DNA of 64,000 nucleotides from Candidatus Heimdallarchaeota archaeon (GTDB taxonomy: Archaea; Asgardarchaeota; Heimdallarchaeia; Hodarchaeales; Hodarchaeaceae): contig CP070695.1 of NCBI GenBank assembly GCA_020353515.1, positions 3,552,050-3,616,049 on the forward strand, written 5' to 3'. Of the stretch, positions 1-10,531 are shown piece by piece. The translations under genes and the position numbers were made by a program. Positions within the stretch are counted from its first letter, which is position 1. Every line of letters starts with the position of its first letter. The notes under the pieces are model-generated. The model was not told the origin of the DNA and did not search any database. It saw only the letters and a program-made list of their open reading frames with translations.

Positions 1-963
1 TGTAAGAAAAAAGCGAGGAAACGCTCAGCTTCAATTATTCCTGATAAAAAGAAAGGTTCACCAAAAGTAAGAAAATCTAAGTCTTCAAAAACTTTGAAAG
101 AATTAGAAACTAGAATTTTAAAGCAACAAACTTTGATTGAGAGCTTAAAATCAAAGAATGAAGAATTAGAATCTCAGACTTTTGAATTAATGGATCGTAT
201 TCGTGCCCTAGAATCAGGAACAACCTCAAAAGGAGCACAAGAAAAGATAGTTATTGCGTATTATTCATTTGAAAAGAAATATCATGAATTCTTCACTGCT
301 ACTCAAGTAACTGATCAACTACTCCTTAAAATGATCTTATTAATTGAGACTTCTCTAAATAGCGCAGAGCAGATTCAAGCGTTGGAAATTATTGGTAATA
401 ACTTCCTCCAAGATGGTAGGGCTACTCCAAAGGGGGATATAAGGGATTATATCCGTGTTTCAGCTGCTTCATTTACTAGATCATTTCTTCCTTTTAGCAA
501 TGATGGAATTAGAAATTTGGGGATACGATCTTTTCATTGCGAAATATTATTAGAAACTTACACTGAGGATTTAATTCCAGTATATACCCCAACAACTCTC
601 GGGGAACGATTCTTCACAATCAAATCAAATTATTTTAATCAGACACAAGTAATGAATAGAATAAAAACCTCTTTTGGAAGACACCTAATAACAAATAAAG
701 GAAGGAAATTATACAAGGTGATTTTTGATCATTACATTGAGAATAAAAGACCAGTTACACGTCAAGAATTGTTTAATAATTATAATCTTGGGAAATATGA
801 GATTGATAATTTTAAACACAATTTAATTGAAATAGGACTGATCAAAAAAGTACCTCTCCCAATAACAGAGAGGTATAATCAAAATCGTCAAATTCCACGT
901 AGTGAGATTCCCTTACAACCTCGTCATTTAACAATTCCACCAAAGGATCTGGCGGGATACTAG
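1..963 (+). CDS. Hypothetical protein, 5'-truncated by window edge; coiled coil plus C-terminal winged helix
   Basis: Frame 1 is open from base 1 (CKKKARKRSASIIPDKKKGSPKVRKSKSSKT) into the 94..963 ORF. Heptad segment LETRILKQQTLIESLKSKNEELESQTFELMDRIRALE; C-terminal wHTH-like RKLYKVIFDHYIENKRPVTRQELFNNYNLGKYEIDNFKHNLIEIGLIKK. Confidence 0.7.
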   Translation, partial: CKKKARKRSASIIPDKKKGSPKVRKSKSSKTLKELETRILKQQTLIESLKSKNEELESQTFELMDRIRALESGTTSKGAQEKIVIAYYSFEKKYHEFFTATQVTDQLLLKMILLIETSLNSAEQIQALEIIGNNFLQDGRATPKGDIRDYIRVSAASFTRSFLPFSNDGIRNLGIRSFHCEILLETYTEDLIPVYTPTTLGERFFTIKSNYFNQTQVMNRIKTSFGRHLITNKGRKLYKVIFDHYIENKRPVTRQELFNNYNLGKYEIDNFKHNLIEIGLIKKVPLPITERYNQNRQIPRSEIPLQPRHLTIPPKDLAGY

Positions 964-1004
964 GGATTAGTGATGTTAAAGAAGCTGCACAGTAAAAGAC
1001 AGGG

Positions 1005-2429
1005 TTAGTTTCTCTGACTTCTTTTTTTCTTCCATATCCCTGACACAAATAACGCAATTGGAATAATAATCACAAAGATATTAGGGAAAATTGAAGTTTT
1101 ATCTGCTGAAGTTGACACTGGTTCCGTTATGCCATGACTATAATAAATATCCATTTCATTCTCTCGACCATCACTCCATACTACATGGGGGAAATCTTTT
1201 GAGTCAACCTTTATGGTGAAATAATCCCCTGGTCGCGTGAAAGTACTTGAAGTATTTACACTAGCAATTGCAACTGGATCACTGTAGATAACTTCCTCTC
1301 CAGTTTCATTTGAAAATATAAGCATCCGATAATAAGGGCCATATGTATCTTCATGTTCATCATACCAAACTACATGAACCCTGCCATTAGAATCAATATC
1401 CATTTCAGGTTGCCATTGATTGCCTGCCCTCTTAGGATTCACTTGATAACGATCACTCCAATTCAAACCATAATCATCAGAATATCTGATAAATATATCC
1501 CATTCACCACCTTCGTGGTGTCTATCAGCCCATAATACATATAATCTATCACTCATGTCAAAACGGATGACTGGTAAGGTTGCTCGTGATGGTCTTTGAT
1601 CTAAAGTTGTTTCAAACGTAGCATTTTCAGATAATGGGTTGAGATCAATTTGTTCAGAAAATGTCTCTCCTTGGTCTTGGGAGGCAACAAGATAAACATC
1701 TCCCCAAGCAGTGAAAAACCATACCCAGGCCACATAAACATCATTATTACTATCTGTTGTCACATATGGCCCTAGATGGTCTTCAGGATGTGTTTCCGAG
1801 TCTATAATTACTCCAACTTCATCAAAGTTATCCCCATTATCTATTGAGCGAGTTAATCGCACAGTAGTGACATTTGTGTTGTAATTGATATCATCATACG
1901 CCACGTAAACAGTTCCGTCATTGCTGACAGTCATAGTTTCCTTATCTGCAAAACCTTCTCCATATGATGCTGCAACTGGGCTCCAAGTATCTCCCAGAGA
2001 AGTACTTTTTGCAACTGTTATCTGAGATAACTCATAAGAGTCAATAGAATATTCAAGATAGGCATAATATAGAATCTCATCATGCCATACTAACCACGGA
2101 TCTGACTGACCTGTGTTAATCCCTTTAAACATTGGCATATCAAATGGTTCTGACCAATCTTTACCATTATTAGTTGATTTTGAAAAACTAACCCTTACAC
2201 CAGGCCCATTATGACTAAAAGCATTTTTCCATCCCGCGAAAATTACATCATTCTCACTAATAGCTAAAGTGGGTTCAACATGATGGGTATAAGGAGAATC
2301 ACTTGTTGACAAGAGGATATTTTTTGAGAAACTTGTAATTAAATTTGAATCACTCTGCAAGATTCCATAAGAAGAACGGGATTGAATAATCATTATAAAA
2401 GCTATAAGTAATAGAATCCTGGTTTTCAT
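1005..2429 (-). CDS. Secreted, membrane-anchored BNR/Asp-box (sialidase-like) beta-propeller protein
   Basis: Signal peptide; five Asp-box motifs (STNNGKDW, STSLGDTW, SIDNGDNF, SQDQGETF, SDDYGLNW); C-terminal TM helix plus KKKR tail. Confidence 0.85.
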   Translation of the reverse strand: MKTRILLLIAFIMIIQSRSSYGILQSDSNLITSFSKNILLSTSDSPYTHHVEPTLAISENDVIFAGWKNAFSHNGPGVRVSFSKSTNNGKDWSEPFDMPMFKGINTGQSDPWLVWHDEILYYAYLEYSIDSYELSQITVAKSTSLGDTWSPVAASYGEGFADKETMTVSNDGTVYVAYDDINYNTNVTTVRLTRSIDNGDNFDEVGVIIDSETHPEDHLGPYVTTDSNNDVYVAWVWFFTAWGDVYLVASQDQGETFSEQIDLNPLSENATFETTLDQRPSRATLPVIRFDMSDRLYVLWADRHHEGGEWDIFIRYSDDYGLNWSDRYQVNPKRAGNQWQPEMDIDSNGRVHVVWYDEHEDTYGPYYRMLIFSNETGEEVIYSDPVAIASVNTSSTFTRPGDYFTIKVDSKDFPHVVWSDGRENEMDIYYSHGITEPVSTSADKTSIFPNIFVIIIPIALFVSGIWKKKRSQRN

Positions 2430-2667
2430 AAGGAAAAAGTGCTTATTTTGTTATTTAAAAATCTAGAGGTAAATGCAATTTATTTCCTCTACTTCTTTTC
2501 TTAGCATCTTAAACATATTCCCCTATCTTAGATATTTTAATTTATAATAACCATACAAAATTGTGTAATAAGTGCAATTCGTAAGGGTATTGGCTTGATA
2601 AAAAGTGTTTATATAATACATGAATCGGGTATCTGTTTATTCGAAAAAGTTTATTCCCAAAATCCTG

Positions 2668-3960
2668 TTAATCTTTGAATACTCTTAGAGTAAACAGCGA
2701 AGCACCTATTAAGAATATTAAGACTCCTCCAACGAGAGTGAAGATGATTTCGGTTTGGAGTTGGGATATGTCATGACCAGATAAGAGAATTAAGTTCTGA
2801 GCTCTTACTATTTGAGAGAAAGGGTTTAGATCCCAGAGTAGGAGTGCTCGAGTCTCCCCAATACTTGTTGGTAGAAAATCAGGTATTAACACTACTTCAG
2901 GCAAGGGTAAAAAAGCACCTGAAAGAAAACCTAATGGGGCCGATAAAAATGCAGCAATTCCTGATGCATTTTCCCCTGTCTTATCTATGGCTGCAATAGT
3001 CAAACCTAATCCCATCGCAGGAATAGTAGCTAAAACACCAAAGAAAAAAGAATAAATCGGATTACCTTTCCCTTGAAATCCAAAGATATAAGCTGCTACT
3101 AACATAACAGCAACTTGACAACTTAAAATAAGAATTTGACTAGCTGAAAGACCAGTTAGATATTCTATGGGGTTCAGTTTACTTATTCTTAACCTATCAA
3201 GAGTTCCATGAGATCTTTCAGTACCAACTATAAACCCTATACTTGCAGAACCAAGAATAACTCCGAATATTAAAAATCCAGGGATATAATAATCAAAAGA
3301 AGTAAATGCAATGCTTGTTACATCCTCTGTTTGAATTGCAAATTGTCCCCCAATGAAGTCAATACCGTAAAAATAATCTATAAATTTCTGTAAAGCATCA
3401 GAGATCTCGGTCTGAAGTTGTTGGTAGGTTTGGTAACCACTATCCCCCTGAATTTTAATAGATGTATTTATATTTGCTAATTGAGAATCAACCGATGCAC
3501 CTTCTGTTAAGTTAATCTTATAATTTAATCCAGAAAGGATACTATGAGAGAAGGTTCTAGGGATTATTAAACATAAAACTATCTTACGTGATTTAATATC
3601 GTTTGTAGCTTTATCTAAGGAAGAGTAATCGTGTACTTTTAATGGTGAACCAGTGATATTGATAGATGTTGAACCTTCTAGGCTAGTGACGAAATATTCC
3701 CCAAATCCTTTTTCAAAAATTTCTTTTGTATCTGAAACTATATACGGACCAAATTCATTCTTCCAATTTGGTTCAATTTGATCTTTGTTTAGAACACCTA
3801 TCTCCAAAGTGGTTGAACCTAAAAATTCCGTCCCACCACCAAAAATAAAAGCAAAAGAAGCAACGAAAATTAATGGAAAAGCAAGAATGAGCGCTAATTG
3901 AGCTGGAGACCGAATTACTTGTTTAACACTTCGTATAAAGACTTTGATTACTACCATCAT
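2668..3960 (-). CDS. ABC-2 type exporter permease
   Basis: N-terminal TM, large extracellular loop, 5 C-terminal TMs, ERSHGTLDRLRIS and SGAFLPL motifs. Start moved to ATG 3960 (preceded by GGAGAG) to avoid overlap with the upstream paralog. Confidence 0.88.
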   Translation of the reverse strand: MMVVIKVFIRSVKQVIRSPAQLALILAFPLIFVASFAFIFGGGTEFLGSTTLEIGVLNKDQIEPNWKNEFGPYIVSDTKEIFEKGFGEYFVTSLEGSTSINITGSPLKVHDYSSLDKATNDIKSRKIVLCLIIPRTFSHSILSGLNYKINLTEGASVDSQLANINTSIKIQGDSGYQTYQQLQTEISDALQKFIDYFYGIDFIGGQFAIQTEDVTSIAFTSFDYYIPGFLIFGVILGSASIGFIVGTERSHGTLDRLRISKLNPIEYLTGLSASQILILSCQVAVMLVAAYIFGFQGKGNPIYSFFFGVLATIPAMGLGLTIAAIDKTGENASGIAAFLSAPLGFLSGAFLPLPEVVLIPDFLPTSIGETRALLLWDLNPFSQIVRAQNLILLSGHDISQLQTEIIFTLVGGVLIFLIGASLFTLRVFKD

Positions 3961-3976
3961 TATACTCTCCGCTTTT

Positions 3977-5359
3977 TTAAATATCACCTGTAAATCGACG
4001 CTTTGAATATGCTGCAATACTAAATGCCAACAGCAATACATTTAGTACTGTTAAGAAGATTATTTCAGCAATAACATCTATTAAACTGAAATTATAAAGT
4101 AATACCGAACGTAAAGCACTGATAGCGTGTGTGGAAGGAAGTAAATCCCAGAGAGTAAAATCTCTTAATGCACCTGTAGCTGTAGGGAAGGAATCAGGTA
4201 TTAAAGTAATTTTTGGAGCATCCATGAATGCACCTGAGGCAAAAGCTAGGGGCGTTACACCAAAACCAATCGCCATACCAGCTGCGTCTGGTGATGTGAA
4301 AACTGCTGCAGCAACAAATGTTAAGCCAAGTGTAAAAAGTGTGGTTAGCCAACAAATGATAAATCCTTGAATAATGTCTCCTTCAGGTTGGAATCCTAGG
4401 ATGAAACTCATTCCCAACAACACAGCAATTTGTGCTGGTGAAATCACTAGCTGCAAAGTGCTAGCACCAACGATATATTCCCAGGGTTGAATTAATGAAA
4501 GTCGCAATCGTGAAATGGTTTTGTTTGGTGTCTGTATTTCACTGGATAAGAATGCAGATAAAATTCCAGCCTGTGTAAGGATTCCAAATATGATCATTCC
4601 AGGAAGAATGATATCAAAAACTGAATAATCCCGTACATTTATTGTTTCAGGCTCAATTGTAATCTCCACTGGATAATTTAATGATGATAATTCCTTTGCA
4701 TATTCACTGATAAAAAGAGTAACAATTTTTTCTACGATTTGGTAGTTTAAGTGCCCATTATCCCCAACAATTTCTACTGTTGTATTATCTCTTGTTGGAA
4801 ATGGTGGTCCAGTATATTGTAAAAATCCTCCAGATGCTTCAAGTATGGAATTATTTATTAATTCATGGATGTAGATTCCGTTTTGAATATAGAAAGCATT
4901 ATTTACCGCTGCCATTGTTGCATTCGAAAATCCTTTTGGAAAAACAATCAATCCATCAATTTCACGACTTTCTATGAGCTTCCTCGCCTCTTCTTCCTTC
5001 TCCTGTTCTGTTTGATAAACATTAAAAATTCGTATTTCTTCTCCTGGATAAGTTGTCGTATTCATTAATTCAATTAGGTCTACAGCGAATCCATTTTCAA
5101 TTGTTTCTTCTGTTAATCCTGTGGCATTAAAGTCAGAACTTAACACTCCCTTTATCTCCTCAGCTAATCCTCTATCATTATTTATAACTACAATATTGTA
5201 TGTTGTAGCCCCTGCGGTTCTGACACTCGAAAAAGCAAAGAAGAAAACGAAAATCATGAATCCTGGAAGCAGCAATAACATGATGAGAGTAAAGTGGTTT
5301 CTTTTCATCTCCCGCCATAACCGTTGCGTAACATACAAGAATGTTGGTAAGTTCATCAT
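3977..5359 (-). CDS. ABC-2 type exporter permease (paralog)
   Basis: Same topology; ILPGMIIFG, ISRLRLS, SGAFM motifs; lies between the ATPase and the second permease. Confidence 0.88.
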   Translation of the reverse strand: MMNLPTFLYVTQRLWREMKRNHFTLIMLLLLPGFMIFVFFFAFSSVRTAGATTYNIVVINNDRGLAEEIKGVLSSDFNATGLTEETIENGFAVDLIELMNTTTYPGEEIRIFNVYQTEQEKEEEARKLIESREIDGLIVFPKGFSNATMAAVNNAFYIQNGIYIHELINNSILEASGGFLQYTGPPFPTRDNTTVEIVGDNGHLNYQIVEKIVTLFISEYAKELSSLNYPVEITIEPETINVRDYSVFDIILPGMIIFGILTQAGILSAFLSSEIQTPNKTISRLRLSLIQPWEYIVGASTLQLVISPAQIAVLLGMSFILGFQPEGDIIQGFIICWLTTLFTLGLTFVAAAVFTSPDAAGMAIGFGVTPLAFASGAFMDAPKITLIPDSFPTATGALRDFTLWDLLPSTHAISALRSVLLYNFSLIDVIAEIIFLTVLNVLLLAFSIAAYSKRRFTGDI

Positions 5360-5368
5360 TTATACCCT

Positions 5369-6337
5369 TTAGTCTCTTAAAGATCTTCCTGTCAAATTTA
5401 TGAATACATCTTCTAATGTTGTGTTTCGTATTCCTAAGTGCTCAATTTCTACATTAAGATCTTCAATCACATTTAATAATGCAGCCATTCTTGGAATAAC
5501 ATCAAGACAGCGGACGGTTAATTGATTAGCTGTGATATTTATTTCTTGAACACCCTTGAAATTCGAAAGGGCTTCTTTGGCCGCCTCTAATTTCTCACTT
5601 TCATTGATTTGAATTTCTATAAGATCACCTTCTCCTACGGATGCTTTCAATTTGTCAGGAGTGTCCAAGACAAGTATTTTTCCTTTATCAATAATCGCAA
5701 CCCGATCACTTAATCTGTCTGCTTCCTCCATAAAATGTGTTGTTAATACAACCGTTTTTCCTTCTTTTTTTACTAGGTTTTGAACAAATTCCCATACAGC
5801 TACTCTAGATTGTGGATCAAGGCCAGGAGTTGGTTCATCACACAAAATAACTACTGGATCATGAATTATCCCCATTATTAGGTTCAAACGTCTTTTTTGG
5901 CCTCCTGATAATGTCCGTGCAAGTGATTTCCGTTTTTCTCCAAGACCAATTTTCTTAATCAGTTCATCAATACGATTTTCTGCAATTTCCTTTGGTAATT
6001 TGTAGGCATTAGCCATGAACCACATGTTCTCTTCGACAGTCAAATCTTGATAAATTGAAATATCTTGGGGAATAATTCCAATTTTACTCTTCAGTTCATT
6101 TCTGGAATTTCTGTCTTTGGGAGTCATACCCAAGATCTGAACCTCTCCTTTAGTTTGTTCTAGTAAACCAACCATCATTCGTAAACTAGTCGTCTTCCCT
6201 GCACCATTTGGGCCTAGGAAACCAAATAACTCACCCTTATGAATAGTTAGAGAAATTCCTCTGACAGCCTCAACAGCTGATTCACCTTTACCATACGTTT
6301 TATGGATATCGAATACTTCTATAGCAGGTATTTCCAT
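5369..6337 (-). CDS. ABC-2 exporter ATP-binding protein (DrrA/CcmA-like)
   Basis: Walker A GPNGAGKT, signature LSGGQ, Walker B ILCDEPT, H-loop TTH. Probable start ATG 6337 after GAGG. Confidence 0.95.
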   Translation of the reverse strand: MEIPAIEVFDIHKTYGKGESAVEAVRGISLTIHKGELFGFLGPNGAGKTTSLRMMVGLLEQTKGEVQILGMTPKDRNSRNELKSKIGIIPQDISIYQDLTVEENMWFMANAYKLPKEIAENRIDELIKKIGLGEKRKSLARTLSGGQKRRLNLIMGIIHDPVVILCDEPTPGLDPQSRVAVWEFVQNLVKKEGKTVVLTTHFMEEADRLSDRVAIIDKGKILVLDTPDKLKASVGEGDLIEIQINESEKLEAAKEALSNFKGVQEINITANQLTVRCLDVIPRMAALLNVIEDLNVEIEHLGIRNTTLEDVFINLTGRSLRD

Positions 6338-6566
6338 TTTCAATCCTCTATTCAAATAAGACGACTTTTTCTTACAATCGTCAATGAATACAACCAGATC
6401 TTCAGAAATCCATTACTCATAAGCTACAAAAAAAGTGGTTTTAAAGAAATTTTATTTAGAAATCAAAATGCAGATTAGATTTGAAACTTTTGCTTCAGAA
6501 CAGCGTAAAGATCTAGATAAAAAAATATAACAGAATAAAATGACTTTCCCTTTGAAAAAGCGTTTT

Positions 6567-8486
6567 TTATGAATTTTCTTCAAGGATTCGTCGTGCATCC
6601 TCTAAATATCTATAAACAGATAACTCTTTAGTGCTGCTTAATTGTTGGCCTTCTTGTTCGATTAATGCTATACTTTCAATTGCTTTAGTTTTTTGTCTAT
6701 AAAGGTGATAAGTATCAGCATCTTTAATGATTTCTGAATATAATTGATAAGCTTTATCGTAATTAGAATGGATTCGAGCTAGGTGGGCTTTCAATAGGTT
6801 ACATTCGAGAATAAAAGCCGATAATTTCTTCTTTTTAACTTCAGTTTCTAGTTTCTTTAAGAGTGCTTCAGCTTCTTTGAATGCTTGTTGATTCCCCGTC
6901 TTAGACATTTCCACGAGAAGTTCTATGTACAAGAATTCCTCAGTTAAAGCAGATGCCCCTATTTCTTTTATTTTTTCGAGGAAAGAATTGAAAGCACGCT
7001 TAGCTAAGCCATAATTCATTTCATGTTTCTCAATTAAACCAAGCAGATGATAGTATTTAGCCTGATCCCAATTGGAGATATTTTTTGCTTTTTGGTCATT
7101 TAATTTGGTCCTCGCCTCTTCTGCCCTATTTAATGCTAATAAAACGTTAATCTCGAACTTTAAGATAATCAACTCATTATAGGGCTCTTTTTGTTTCGAT
7201 CTCATCTGATCATTAAGTCTTCTAGCTTTTGCGATTGCAATTGAAGCTTTTTCCAGGTAATTTTGTTGATAATACAAATCACTAAACAATAATTGGATGT
7301 AAATCTCTAACCAATTAGCATATTCATACTGAGAATTTTGTGCTAGAGTATACGCTTTAGCCATAATTTCCTCTGCTTCTTTGAATTTTCCAGAAAATTG
7401 AAGAGTACGAGCATATTCAGAAAAAACACTAATCCGCTTATAAGAAGCAGGTTTCCTACCTTTCACTGAAATGTCAGGTTGTGTTTCAAAAAATTTTAGT
7501 AGTGTTTTCCAAATTTTGATAGCTTTTTCCCACTCTCCCGTTAAATGTCGTAGCTTACCGATTCCCCAAAGTGCATTGTGGTAACCCTCCTGATCATTTA
7601 CTTTTTTAAATTCCTTTTGAGATTCCTTAAACCATTTAACAGCTTCTGGATATGCACCTTGCCCTCTAAAAGCTATTGCTAATGCACGTTTAATTTCTGC
7701 AGATTGTTCTAATTTTCGTTCGCTCTTTGGTAAGATTTTTTCGTAATTAAGAGTTTTCTTCAGTAAATCAACTGCTTGATTGAATTCAGCCTTTTTTTCT
7801 AATAAGAAACTCTTTTCAATTTGGGATTTGATATAGTCTTTACTCTCATAATCAGGGTCAGTACAACAAGAGTCAATTACTTTAATGGCTTCATTAATCT
7901 TCCCCTTTTTTATAAATGCCGTTGTTAATTCTTCTCGTAGTGAGGTTTGTATTTCTCGTTTCTCTTTTTCTGGTAAATGGATTGCAATAGCAGGTAAGAG
8001 TCTTTTATCTATGTCCTGGAGGATTTCTATAGCTTCATCGAATGATCTCTTCTCTCTAGCATTTACTCCAGTCTGCTTTACTGATTTTATTATAGATTTT
8101 ATTCCTGCTTCATCAAGCTTCTTTTCATTCAATTCAATTTGTTTCGATGCCTGAATCTTCTTCTTTAATTCAGGAAGCTCGATTTTTATAGTTCCTAATT
8201 CCTTCTCGATTGTTTTATCTATCTCTTCAATCCAGGATTTATTTCCAAAAATTTCTTCAATTCGAACAATAGCCTCATCTAAGCCTTTTAACGACAATTT
8301 AAAACCTTGAGCCACATCTTGTTGCAAATCTCTTGAGAGATTCTGTTTTAAATCTTCCTTTAGCAAATGTATCTTCTTACTCGTTCTCTGGAGCTTTTCT
8401 TGGTAATCATTGATAGGTATTAGTTCTTCAGAGTTCTTCTTATCCATAACATCTTTACTAGGTTTAGGTATTTTAATAACCTCCAA
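6567..8486 (-). CDS. Tetratricopeptide-repeat protein with N-terminal coiled coil
   Basis: TPR-like units (ALAIAFRGQGAYPEAVKWFKES, ALWGIGKLRHLTGEWEKAIKIW, YHLLGLIEKHEMNYGLAKRAF). Confidence 0.8.
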   Translation of the reverse strand: MEVIKIPKPSKDVMDKKNSEELIPINDYQEKLQRTSKKIHLLKEDLKQNLSRDLQQDVAQGFKLSLKGLDEAIVRIEEIFGNKSWIEEIDKTIEKELGTIKIELPELKKKIQASKQIELNEKKLDEAGIKSIIKSVKQTGVNAREKRSFDEAIEILQDIDKRLLPAIAIHLPEKEKREIQTSLREELTTAFIKKGKINEAIKVIDSCCTDPDYESKDYIKSQIEKSFLLEKKAEFNQAVDLLKKTLNYEKILPKSERKLEQSAEIKRALAIAFRGQGAYPEAVKWFKESQKEFKKVNDQEGYHNALWGIGKLRHLTGEWEKAIKIWKTLLKFFETQPDISVKGRKPASYKRISVFSEYARTLQFSGKFKEAEEIMAKAYTLAQNSQYEYANWLEIYIQLLFSDLYYQQNYLEKASIAIAKARRLNDQMRSKQKEPYNELIILKFEINVLLALNRAEEARTKLNDQKAKNISNWDQAKYYHLLGLIEKHEMNYGLAKRAFNSFLEKIKEIGASALTEEFLYIELLVEMSKTGNQQAFKEAEALLKKLETEVKKKKLSAFILECNLLKAHLARIHSNYDKAYQLYSEIIKDADTYHLYRQKTKAIESIALIEQEGQQLSSTKELSVYRYLEDARRILEENS

Positions 8487-8701
8487 GAAGAAAATGAATC
8501 ATAAAATAATAGAAGCCAGTCATTAAATAGAGTACATGCAGAAAAAAATCTCTATTACGTTGACTTATCTTTGATGACACCTTTATCAATTATGAGCATA
8601 AATATTTTATCTTCTGGGCAAGAAAGAAAGTATGAAAGAAGTTTTTGATGAAATTTTCATTCTATAAAATGTAAACTGCCTGATATGTAATAGAGGCAAT
8701 A

Positions 8702-9661
8702 CTATTTTGGCTCCTTGAGGCCTAAATCGATTAATTGACCATATACAACGGCAACAGCATAATTAGAGAACAACTCATTATAGGAAACATCGCTTCTCTT
8801 TTTCATTTCTAGTGTAGCAAATTGTTCTACTACATATCTCGTTTTTCCTTTCTCAGAGTATTTATTTTTAACGAAATCACGGAAATAATTCGAAAAATCA
8901 ACATGTTCCATCAAAACTTTTTTTACTCCTTCTTGACCTCTAACTACTCCAGCATGTGCAAATCCAACATTGAGAGGTTTTAAATCAATTATTTTCCTCA
9001 GGCTTTCCATATAAATCTTAAAATTAAATTCTGGAGGCATTGAACTGGGAACTGTCACTAATTTTTGTGAATGCATTAATCCTCCTGCACACTCACCTAT
9101 ATAGACGAATTCATTTATTCCATTATTAGATACTGTTGGACAAACGTGATCAGAAGTATGTCCAGGTGTTGATATAAGCTTAAATTGTTTTTTCAATCCA
9201 GGAATCGGAATGGATTCATTCTCTTTTACAATCTTATACGCATCATCAGGTAAAGGTTTCATTATTCCTATATGTTTACCAAAGGTTCTTTTTGCACGTC
9301 TAAGATGTTCTTTGGAATCTTGTAATAGTCTCTTGGTTGTTTCTGTTGTAACAATTTTCACATCAGGGCTATATTCTTTGATTTTCTTCCATAATTTCCA
9401 ACCACCTCCAAAGTGATCAAAATGATGATGTGATGGAACAAGGTATTTGACTTTTTCAAGTAAAATATTATTTTCTGTTAAGAACGTGAGTATGGAATCC
9501 ACATCATCTGACGTTCCAATGTCCATAATTGTAATTGACTCAGGGGTCATTAATATATATATTGAGCAAGAACGTGGTAAGTTGTATTGTAAAATGTCTA
9601 AATGATAAATATCGTCTGTTATCATACCTGATTTTTTTATAATATATTCAGAATCCGCCAA
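8702..9661 (-). CDS. Metallo-beta-lactamase fold hydrolase
   Basis: HxHxDH motif SHHHFDH, TPGHT, FAH. Confidence 0.9.
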   Translation of the reverse strand: MADSEYIIKKSGMITDDIYHLDILQYNLPRSCSIYILMTPESITIMDIGTSDDVDSILTFLTENNILLEKVKYLVPSHHHFDHFGGGWKLWKKIKEYSPDVKIVTTETTKRLLQDSKEHLRRAKRTFGKHIGIMKPLPDDAYKIVKENESIPIPGLKKQFKLISTPGHTSDHVCPTVSNNGINEFVYIGECAGGLMHSQKLVTVPSSMPPEFNFKIYMESLRKIIDLKPLNVGFAHAGVVRGQEGVKKVLMEHVDFSNYFRDFVKNKYSEKGKTRYVVEQFATLEMKKRSDVSYNELFSNYAVAVVYGQLIDLGLKEPK

Positions 9662-9854
9662 ATATTGCCTCCTTTTCCTATTACAGACAAATGTAGGTTA
9701 TTCTGACTTCTTAATTAAAATTATTCCTCCAAAATTCAGAATATATCATATTGAGACAATCAATCAATAGAAAAAAAAGAATTTTAACTCCCTACTCCTG
9801 ACCCGTATAAGGTTAATTTCCTTTAGGAACGTCATCATTGCTAAGGTGGTAGGA

Positions 9855-10013
9855 TTATTCTGGAAATTTATCTACCATCTCTTTAATACACTGAAGTCTA
9901 TCAATAACGTCACCAAGACATTCTTTGAGATGTTTCACTCTTTCTACTTGGTTCATCTCTTCATGATGACCTTTCTCATGCTTTCCACAAGAACATTTTT
10001 TATTTTCTGACAT
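9855..10013 (-). CDS. Small Cys/His-rich protein (52 aa), not in ORF track
   Basis: Manual translation MSENKKCSCGKHEKGHHEEMNQVERVKHLKECLGDVIDRLQCIKEMVDKFPE*. Purine-rich upstream sequence (AAGTGAAGAAAA); fills the gap divergent from the HxlR regulator. Confidence 0.65.
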   Translation of the reverse strand: MSENKKCSCGKHEKGHHEEMNQVERVKHLKECLGDVIDRLQCIKEMVDKFPE

Positions 10014-10091
10014 TTTTCTTCACTTTTACAAATTTTTTTTGAACTTTAATAAAGTGATTAACACCAAAAAATAAAGCTTAATAAATCCTTT

Positions 10092-10109
10092 ACTAAACAC
10101 TTTGTTAGT
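10092..10109. promoter_or_regulatory. Imperfect inverted repeat ACTAAACA-CTT-TGTTAGT, candidate HxlR-family operator
   Basis: Lies between the divergent small ORF and the HxlR gene. Confidence 0.35.
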
Positions 10110-10129
10110 TTCTACGGTGGAATTAAGAA

Positions 10130-10531
10130 TTGGAAACTCAATTAGAAATGGTGCAAAAATGCTTACCAATTGAAATCAATGGTATTTGCTTAAAACCACT
10201 TACAAAATACCTGAAATCAATCAGTAAAAAATGGATGATTTTTATCATCATGATTTTTCCAATAGAACATAATGAATTTAGTGGTAAAATTGAAAGACTA
10301 AGATATTCAGAAATCAAAACAAGAATTAAAGGATTAACATCAGAAAAAATAAGTGACACAACATTATCTGCACGTTTAAAAGAGCTAGAAGCAATTAAAA
10401 TCCTTAAGAAAGAACATTTCGCAGAAATTCCCCCTAGAGTTGAGTATTATCTAACTCCACTAGGTATCCAATTGCGAAATAGTCTTCTACCACTTATTGA
10501 GTGGGCAGTCCACGCATGTCATGAAACATGA
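10130..10531 (+). CDS. HxlR-family winged-helix transcriptional regulator
   Basis: ISKKW, LRYSEIK, ISDTTLSARLKELE, EIPPRVEYYLTPLG; N-terminal cysteines as in redox-sensing HxlR/HypR members. Confidence 0.92.
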   Translation: METQLEMVQKCLPIEINGICLKPLTKYLKSISKKWMIFIIMIFPIEHNEFSGKIERLRYSEIKTRIKGLTSEKISDTTLSARLKELEAIKILKKEHFAEIPPRVEYYLTPLGIQLRNSLLPLIEWAVHACHET

